Source: an uncultured Alphaproteobacteria bacterium
GTDB taxonomy: Bacteria > Pseudomonadota > Alphaproteobacteria > RF32 > CAG-239
NCBI GenBank assembly: GCA_944390885.1
Contig: CALXRP010000006.1
Span: 2,216-66,215 of the forward strand
DNA: 64,000 nt
Reading direction: 5' to 3'
Positions 58,801-64,000 of this stretch are shown here, in pieces. Both the position numbers and the translations under genes were made by a program. Every line of letters begins with the position of its first letter. Position 1 is the stretch's first letter. Under the pieces are notes generated by a model. That model worked only from the letters and a program-made list of their open reading frames with translations, was not told the origin of the DNA and did not search any database.

Positions 58801-60100
58801 ACTGGCTGCGTTGAAAGATCGCCAGCAGGAAAAGAAAAAATCTGAAAAAACGGTATCTGAAAAGGTTCCGGTCTTTACTGCCGAGATGAAGAAAACCCAT
58901 ACGATTCTCATACCGCAGCTTTCGCCGACGCATTTTCAGTTTATGGAAACGATATTTGCCAGTGAAGGCTATAAAGTCGCCCAGCTTCCGAAAGTTGATA
59001 AAGACGCGATAGAACTTGGCTTGAAACATGTCAATAATGACGCTTGTTTCCCGGCAATTGTTGTCATCGGCCAGCTGTTACAGGCAATCCGGAAGGGTGA
59101 TTACGATACCGACAAGATTGCTCTGCTGATTTCTCAGACCAACGGCGGCTGTCGGGCGTCAAACTATGCCGGACTTTTGCGCCGGGCTCTGATTCAATGT
59201 AATATGGGACACATTCCGGTCATTACCATGAATGTCAGCGGCAATGTCGACAGTCCGGGCTTTATCCCCGGCCGCAAGATTCTGCTGCGTATGATTATGG
59301 CCGGCTGTTACGGCGACGCCCTGATGCGGATGACGCACCGGGTTTCCCCTTATGAAAAAGTCAAAGGCAGCACGCAGAAACTGGTGGACAAATGGGTTGA
59401 AATCATCAAGAAAAATCTGCAAAGCGGCAATGTCATTACGTTCAATCTGAATATGCTCCGGATGATTCGGGAGTTTGATAAGCTGCCGCTCAGAGATATA
59501 AAGAGAAAGCCCCGTGTCGGCCTGGTCGGCGAAATCCTGCTGAAATACCATCCGGATGCCAACAATCAGGCAGCCCGGATAATAGAAGAAGAGGGCGGAG
59601 AAGCCGTTATTCCTGATTTGATGGACTTTATGCTCTATGGGTTTTATGACCATATTTACAATTACAAATATCTGCAGGGCTCTTGGAAAGCTTATGCCGT
59701 CAGCCTTTCGAGCATAGCCGCACTGGAACTGTGCCGCGGAACAATGCGGCTGGGCTTGAAACTTTCCAAACGGTTTGAACCGCCGGTATTTTTCAAGAAT
59801 TTGCGAAAGAAAATCCGCGGTTTGTTGTCTTTGGGGCATCAGACAGGTGAAGGATGGCTGCTGACTGCCGAGATTGTCGAACTGCTGGAAGCCGGTGTTG
59901 ACAATGTTTTGTGCATGCAGCCTTTTGGCTGTCTGCCAAACCATATTACCGGAAAGGGCTTTATCAAAGAAATCAAAAAACGCTTTCCGAAAGCCAACAT
60001 CATCGCAGTTGATTATGATCCCGGTGCCAGTGAAACCAACCAGATTAACCGTATCAAGCTGATGATGTCTATTTCCAAACAAAAGCAGAAAGGAAATTAA
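55862..60100 (+). CDS. 1412-aa fusion protein: two BadF/BadG/BcrA/BcrD-type (HgdC-like activase) ATPase domains plus a 2-hydroxyacyl-CoA-dehydratase-like (DUF2229-type) C-terminal region
   Basis: ASKHA phosphate-1 motifs LGIDVGSTTVKAVVID (aa ~11) and FGIDSGSTTIKAVLID (aa ~325). Cys motifs NETCAGGTGAFI and NEACSSGCGSFI. Cys-rich C-terminal ~800 aa. Confidence 0.75.
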   Translation: MITGTERLLYLGIDVGSTTVKAVVIDDKENVLFSTYQRHMSEVRKKIISILNEIIKKFPDTRFKISLTGSGALSLCTKLNVPFVQEVIASSLSIKKQIPDADVIIELGGEDAKLTFLTSGTDLRMNETCAGGTGAFIDQMASFLNLDVSEMDELALQYKNIYPIASRCGVFAKTDIVPLINEGCTKSDIAMSIMQAVVNQFIGGLARGRDITGKIVFLGGPLAFIKSLRQCFIETLKLEAENAVLPERAELFVALGAALHALGGSEEPIELKSFAAALDKLDEENEIQKLPPLFKDKREKEEFDKRHSRTNVRTFPLEEYEGDAWFGIDSGSTTIKAVLIDAQDRLLYSHYGPNKGDPFHQALNILQEIYSRAKPGLKIKAAAATGYGSALLKAGLKLDIDEVETVAHCQAAAFFAPNASFVLDIGGQDIKCMKLKNGVIEKIGLNEACSSGCGSFIENFAKSLNMSMPEFVEAALKAKHPVDLGTRCTVFMNSKVKQAQKDGVSVGDIAAGLSYSVIKNACYKVIKITDVSELGDCIVAQGGSFLNDALLRALEIQVGKTIVRPGLAGLMGAFGAALIARKRGPENGVKTGLITPEEIKNLNIKTTNARCQGCTNHCMLTITDFGNKKKFISGNKCERGAGKVKNNKINLCAYKYARLFDHYKPLPKEKAVHGTVGIPRALNMYENYPLWFTLFTHLGFRVELSSPSSKKMFFSGYASIPSQTVCYPAKMAHGHIMDLLNKNVDCIFFPCIPREQKEFPSQADSYNCPVVTGYPELLSKNISELASGEVPFYAPFLPLDEKILAKRLKSIPLFAGFSSLQLRMAVKRAFVELRRFKKDIRNAGIEAVEKLKKNGEYGIVLAGHPYHIDPAINHGIPELINACGLSVLTEDSVAHLRPNPEALRVRDQWTYHSRLYRAGTFAADNNNLAILQLVSFGCGVDAITADQLEEIVTSKEQLYAQIKIDEGDNLGPAKIRIRSLLAALKDRQQEKKKSEKTVSEKVPVFTAEMKKTHTILIPQLSPTHFQFMETIFASEGYKVAQLPKVDKDAIELGLKHVNNDACFPAIVVIGQLLQAIRKGDYDTDKIALLISQTNGGCRASNYAGLLRRALIQCNMGHIPVITMNVSGNVDSPGFIPGRKILLRMIMAGCYGDALMRMTHRVSPYEKVKGSTQKLVDKWVEIIKKNLQSGNVITFNLNMLRMIREFDKLPLRDIKRKPRVGLVGEILLKYHPDANNQAARIIEEEGGEAVIPDLMDFMLYGFYDHIYNYKYLQGSWKAYAVSLSSIAALELCRGTMRLGLKLSKRFEPPVFFKNLRKKIRGLLSLGHQTGEGWLLTAEIVELLEAGVDNVLCMQPFGCLPNHITGKGFIKEIKKRFPKANIIAVDYDPGASETNQINRIKLMMSISKQKQKGN

Positions 60101-60148
60101 GCGGAAACGTGGTAAAGCATATTAAAACTTCTTTGCGACATTTGCGCA

Positions 60149-60790
60149 TCATTGGTTAGGCAATATCTCAAACATCAGATATTTGAACAGCGGTACTCTG
60201 CCCGGATTATAATCCGTCCAACATTTTTCACAGTTGTAAGTTCCTTTTAACTCAAGCTTGTTTCTGCGAAATTTGTAATTAGGATTTTTATAAAAATCTT
60301 CTTTCCATTCAAGCTTACCATGCAAAGTTTTTTGTTTTTCATTAATAGAAAAAGCATATCCCAAACTTTGTTTGCAAGGCAGTTTTTCGTTCCAGTAATT
60401 GTTATCATTGGTAAGAAGTATAGCATAACTGGATGATCCTTTTTCTGTATACTTTTCCAGCCGTTGAATATCAGCACAAAAATCGTATCGGCCATTGTCC
60501 TGTGCGGCATGGGTTTTTAGTTCCAGCTTAACACCGTGGCAATAAACCTCCTTCTTTTTGGTTTTATATTTTAGTTCAATAAAATGTTTCTTCCCGTCAT
60601 ATATGACACATAAATCAATATAATTAATTTTTTTCTCGGTTGGTTGAGGATATTCCAAAATAACTTCTGCTCTGTTTCCGAGTTTTTCTTTTATTTTCCA
60701 GGCCAGACAGAATTGAAAATCTGCTTCTGAACAAAAAATGGTGTTTTCATCTCCAAAAGATTTCATGATATCGATTAATATTTTTTTCAT
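60149..60790 (-). CDS. Small (213-aa) protein with a PD-(D/E)xK-like motif (putative nuclease/effector)
   Basis: E..(ILEYP).. YIDLCVIYDGKKHFIELKYK gives a D / E-x-K arrangement on consecutive predicted strands. Its start abuts the stop of the WYL regulator gene. AT-rich. Confidence 0.4.
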   Translation of the reverse strand: MKKILIDIMKSFGDENTIFCSEADFQFCLAWKIKEKLGNRAEVILEYPQPTEKKINYIDLCVIYDGKKHFIELKYKTKKKEVYCHGVKLELKTHAAQDNGRYDFCADIQRLEKYTEKGSSSYAILLTNDNNYWNEKLPCKQSLGYAFSINEKQKTLHGKLEWKEDFYKNPNYKFRRNKLELKGTYNCEKCWTDYNPGRVPLFKYLMFEILPNQ

Positions 60791-60791
60791 T

Positions 60792-61745
60792 TTAGCTCTT
60801 CCAATTTGTAGGCTTAATCACTTTTACATGTTCACCCCAAGTGTAAAGATGCCAGTCCATTTCCAATCTTCCGCCGGCTTTGAATTTGACGGTCAGACTT
60901 CCATCGTCGTTTTTATGCATTATCTGCGTCGGATGAAAAATATATAAGGAGGCTTCATCAGCAGCTTCTTTGTCAAACAGCCACTCCACCTCAAAAGGTT
61001 CTTCGTGATATGCACCAAAAGATAATTCTGCATATTTTTTCAAATCAAACCCTTTTGTCGGCACAAAAGGAATATCCAAAATTTCAACCGCTTTGATATT
61101 GCTTAAAATAAAATTATGCACTTCATCTCCAAAATAACCATCACTATGATGAGCTACCAAATAATGATTCCTTTCGCCATATAAAAAACCGTATGGGTCA
61201 AGAATGTTTGAGCTGGTTTTTCCTGTTTTTTTATTCAAATAAGTAATTTTAATTTGATGACATTCCAAAATAGCCTGTTTGATGATTGATATAATTTGGT
61301 TATCTATTTTTAATTTTGGTCCCGGGCGGCAAATAAAACCTTCAGCCTCCAATAAAGCCTCAGCATCCGGTTCTATCCGACGAAAAACATCTGTTTTTAT
61401 ACTCGCTTTAATTTTATTAATAATGTTTTCAAAAACTTCTTTTTTATCTTTCAGTTGCTTGTTTTCAAACAAAGATGCCGCCATTTCCAAAACCGATAAT
61501 TCTTCGGCCGAAAATTGAATAAAATCTTTTAATGTTCCTTGTGGAATATACCAACGTTTTGTATTATTATCGCCGATAATTTCTTCCGTTTGCGGAAAGC
61601 GGGTCGTGATCATATTACGCATACGCTCAGCAGTACGCCTGGAAACTCCGAATTTGGCAGAAATTTCATTTAAGGAAACACCTTCACGGGTTGCCTGCAT
61701 CCAAATTGCCAAATCCAACAAATCATAAGTTTTCTCATAGGGCAT
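60792..61745 (-). CDS. HTH-WYL-WCX transcriptional regulator (YafY/PafBC/BrxR-like)
   Basis: N-terminal wHTH (..LNEISAKFGVSRRTAERM..), central WYL-type domain (..ERNHYLVAHHSDGYFGDEVHNFILSNIKAVEIL..) and a C-terminal extension. Confidence 0.7.
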   Translation of the reverse strand: MPYEKTYDLLDLAIWMQATREGVSLNEISAKFGVSRRTAERMRNMITTRFPQTEEIIGDNNTKRWYIPQGTLKDFIQFSAEELSVLEMAASLFENKQLKDKKEVFENIINKIKASIKTDVFRRIEPDAEALLEAEGFICRPGPKLKIDNQIISIIKQAILECHQIKITYLNKKTGKTSSNILDPYGFLYGERNHYLVAHHSDGYFGDEVHNFILSNIKAVEILDIPFVPTKGFDLKKYAELSFGAYHEEPFEVEWLFDKEAADEASLYIFHPTQIMHKNDDGSLTVKFKAGGRLEMDWHLYTWGEHVKVIKPTNWKS

Positions 61746-61784
61746 ATTACCGTTCTTTCATATATTTTGTGTTGTCTCTCTTTA

Positions 61785-62954
61785 TCATTTTGCAATGCAT
61801 TTTAACAAATCGATATCTGGTATTTTGTCCGTATTAAATTTTTCAGCAAAGAAAATTATGTTATGGCCGGTTATGTTCAAATCTGTATTTTCATATTGAG
61901 CTTCTATGTTTTTTGCTTTATATACTGCCAAACATTGATGTTTTTGCTGCAAACTTGGAAAATTTATATTACAATACCACCATAACTCATCATAAAATTT
62001 CCCCTTCTCGACTCTCATACGATTAGTTATTCCTACATTTAAAAACTCATTGTGTGGTATAGCAATATACTCATTCCAGCTTTGTGGATTATGAATAGAC
62101 TTTCTGGGAAAATTTTTTTTAAATAATTTATCAATATATTCTTTCAAATTTTTTACACATTTTTTATAGCTGTCATAAAATTGGGAATCTTCCGGAGTGT
62201 ATGCATGCAGCATCCAAATAGCTGAAGGATATTTTTGAAATACCTTAAAATCAAAGTTTGCATTTTTTACCTTCTCAGCATAATCGTATAAAACTTTTTC
62301 AGAAAGAAGCTCATAGATATTCAAATAATTTGCGCCATGTCCATACAATTGCGCATAAATTGAAGATACATAATATCGCACAAAATCATAACTTTCGTTT
62401 TGTATTTTATCTTCAATAGTTGCAACCAAAATTTTTGCTATATCTCCCCATATCATTTGGATCCACTGATTATTTCCAGGATTTTCCTTATTGACGGTGA
62501 GATATATCTTTGTAACATTTTTTTTGCTTTTTAAATAAGCATCATATTTTTTTAACTGACCTTTTCCGAGCGTACTGCTTGTTTTGGCTTCAATGACTAT
62601 GATAAAAGGTTTGTCTTTGTCGGTTATCCCTTCAATGTATATGTCAAAACGTCCTTTTTTTGGGGGATCAAAATAGAACTCGGGGTAAACATTGTAACAT
62701 GTTATCTGATTTGAATAATCGATACCTTTTACATAATGCAGCAAACGTTTTAAAATTTCTCCCCCAAGACCATGAGGAGCCTTAGCATCTAACAAATAAG
62801 CCAAAGTACGAGTATAGGCCGTTTCCAATCGTCCGTTTTCCAAAAAAGAAAATAATCCCTGATGCAAATTAACAGGATGCGGATATTTTTTATCTTTAAT
62901 AATATTCTGATAAGCTTCAACGGCCTGTTTTTTCAATTCCTCAAAGTCAATCAT
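61785..62954 (-). CDS. 389-aa protein with a PD-(D/E)xK nuclease-like core
   Basis: ..ETAYTRTLAYLLD.. then GRFDIYIEG......FIIVIEAKTSS (D ... E-A-K). Remainder unassignable. Confidence 0.45.
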   Translation of the reverse strand: MIDFEELKKQAVEAYQNIIKDKKYPHPVNLHQGLFSFLENGRLETAYTRTLAYLLDAKAPHGLGGEILKRLLHYVKGIDYSNQITCYNVYPEFYFDPPKKGRFDIYIEGITDKDKPFIIVIEAKTSSTLGKGQLKKYDAYLKSKKNVTKIYLTVNKENPGNNQWIQMIWGDIAKILVATIEDKIQNESYDFVRYYVSSIYAQLYGHGANYLNIYELLSEKVLYDYAEKVKNANFDFKVFQKYPSAIWMLHAYTPEDSQFYDSYKKCVKNLKEYIDKLFKKNFPRKSIHNPQSWNEYIAIPHNEFLNVGITNRMRVEKGKFYDELWWYCNINFPSLQQKHQCLAVYKAKNIEAQYENTDLNITGHNIIFFAEKFNTDKIPDIDLLKCIAK

Positions 62955-62963
62955 TGTTTCTCC

Positions 62964-64000
62964 TTATAAAAAGCCAATTTTCCTACTGACGGGAGCTTTG
63001 TTTTGCTGCTCTGTTTCAAGCATTTTAATAAGCTCCTCTTTATCTCCCGTAAGCCCTAAAATCTCAGCCTTATCTTTTACGACAACAAAGTCTCCGGGGG
63101 TCAACAGATTAAGATGAGATAAATCTATATTAGGAATATTAAAGAAATGCTTAAAAGCGGCAGAACACTGTTCTGAAGTCATATAATCATATTTTACTTT
63201 AAAGGTAAAACGTCGTAAAGATGCCTTATCAAGCGTATCCATTAAGTTTGTTGTACAAACAAAGGGATAAGTATGTTTTTCCATCTGGGTAAGCATTTCA
63301 TTTACTTGGGTAATTTCCCAACTTCTTTGAGCACTGCTTCTGTCTTGCAAAAAACTGTCAGCTTCGTCAAATATAAGCAGGGCTCCTCGTTGCTTGGCTT
63401 CTTCAAAGGCCTTGGCAATGTTTTTTTCAGCTTCGCCAACAAATTTATCTAATAAATCAGAACATCTTTTCTTAATGATCGGAAGTCCCATTTGTTTTCC
63501 TAAATATTGAGCAAAAGCAGATTTTCCTGTCCCGGATGCCCCATAAAGACAAAGTGAAAAATTAAGTTTGCCGAGAGTAGTCAGTCGCTCAGCTAAAATT
63601 TCCAGACTAATATCTGTATTTAGAAGTTTAGGATTAAAATCTATTTCAAAATCAGAGACATTAGTTTTAAGTTTTTCTCCGTTATTATAAGCTTCTTGTA
63701 GCACGTCAAGCGTTTGTTCCACTTCTGCAATGTTTCCGTTTATCAAGCGAGTCGCTTTTGTTGCCGTATTGATAAATGAAGGGGATAATGAATATTTGCG
63801 AGCAAAGGTCTCAGCTGTCTTTTTGTTGCAGGGAAGGTTATTTTCCTGCAGGCTTTTTTGCCACATCTCTTCTATTACCGTTTTGGACGGACGGGTAAAA
63901 TTTATAGCATAGCTAAAACGGCGCAAATAAGCTTTATCCATGGTATGAATATCATTAGAAATCCAAATCGTCGGCTTGGCATTATTTTCCAGCAGACGGT
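62964..64000 (-). CDS. Tandem AAA+ ATPase, 5' end outside window (second AAA domain complete)
   Basis: Walker A GASGTGKS, Walker B LLIFDEADSF, sensor-1 TTN and Arg-finger region DKASLRRF. The frame stays open upstream of the annotated Met to the window edge and encodes ..PTIWISNDIHTMDKAYLRRF, the sensor/Arg-finger end of a preceding AAA domain. Confidence 0.7.
   Translation of the reverse strand, partial: RLLENNAKPTIWISNDIHTMDKAYLRRFSYAINFTRPSKTVIEEMWQKSLQENNLPCNKKTAETFARKYSLSPSFINTATKATRLINGNIAEVEQTLDVLQEAYNNGEKLKTNVSDFEIDFNPKLLNTDISLEILAERLTTLGKLNFSLCLYGASGTGKSAFAQYLGKQMGLPIIKKRCSDLLDKFVGEAEKNIAKAFEEAKQRGALLIFDEADSFLQDRSSAQRSWEITQVNEMLTQMEKHTYPFVCTTNLMDTLDKASLRRFTFKVKYDYMTSEQCSAAFKHFFNIPNIDLSHLNLLTPGDFVVVKDKAEILGLTGDKEELIKMLETEQQNKAPVSRKIGFL

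Noticed and set aside
59159-60082. 307-aa minus-strand ORF inside the 1412-aa gene
   Set aside because: Antisense to a gene with strong domain motifs on the plus strand. No independent signals.
60149-63941. Interpretation of the terminal cassette as a restriction-modification system
   Set aside because: There is no DNA methyltransferase in or next to the cassette. The only methyltransferase in the window (52387..53001) sits inside the glycosyltransferase operon 7 kb away.

Overview
This is a 64 kb chromosomal segment of roughly 45% GC. It mixes housekeeping genes with accessory genes and is most likely alphaproteobacterial. The housekeeping set is uvrC (3' end), pgsA, an ompR/envZ-like pair, rplU-rpmA-obg-rsfS, rlmH, tkt, fba, rpe, lysS, metG and tatA/tatC. 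The alphaproteobacterial inference rests on the flgF-flgG-flgA-flgH order, a FlaF-type regulator and a textbook sigma54 promoter in front of flgF. Accessory content includes a large Pmp-repeat autotransporter, a Cys-rich secreted repeat protein and a GtrA/GtrB/GT-C-type lipid-linked glycosylation cluster with a methyltransferase. It also includes an Isf-flavoprotein/NapH-NapG-like polyferredoxin operon fused to tatAC, and an orphan 1412-aa tandem BadF/BadG-type ATPase fused to a 2-hydroxyacyl-CoA-dehydratase-like domain. Five intergenic loci carry one family of palindromic, MITE/REP-like repeats. These are GTCATCCCCGGGC..GCCCGGGGATGAC hairpin units with compensatory stem variants, subterminal half-site arrays and a conserved ~75-nt core. 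Two of the five arrays flank the autotransporter gene. The last ~4 kb is visibly AT-rich and holds a co-oriented cassette running off the window edge. It encodes a tandem AAA+ ATPase, a PD-(D/E)xK-like protein, an HTH-WYL regulator and a small PD-(D/E)xK-like protein. I consider this cassette the best candidate for an undescribed defense-type system. No rRNA, tRNA or CRISPR array was found. All calls come from reading the sequence and the supplied ORF translations; no database searches were run.
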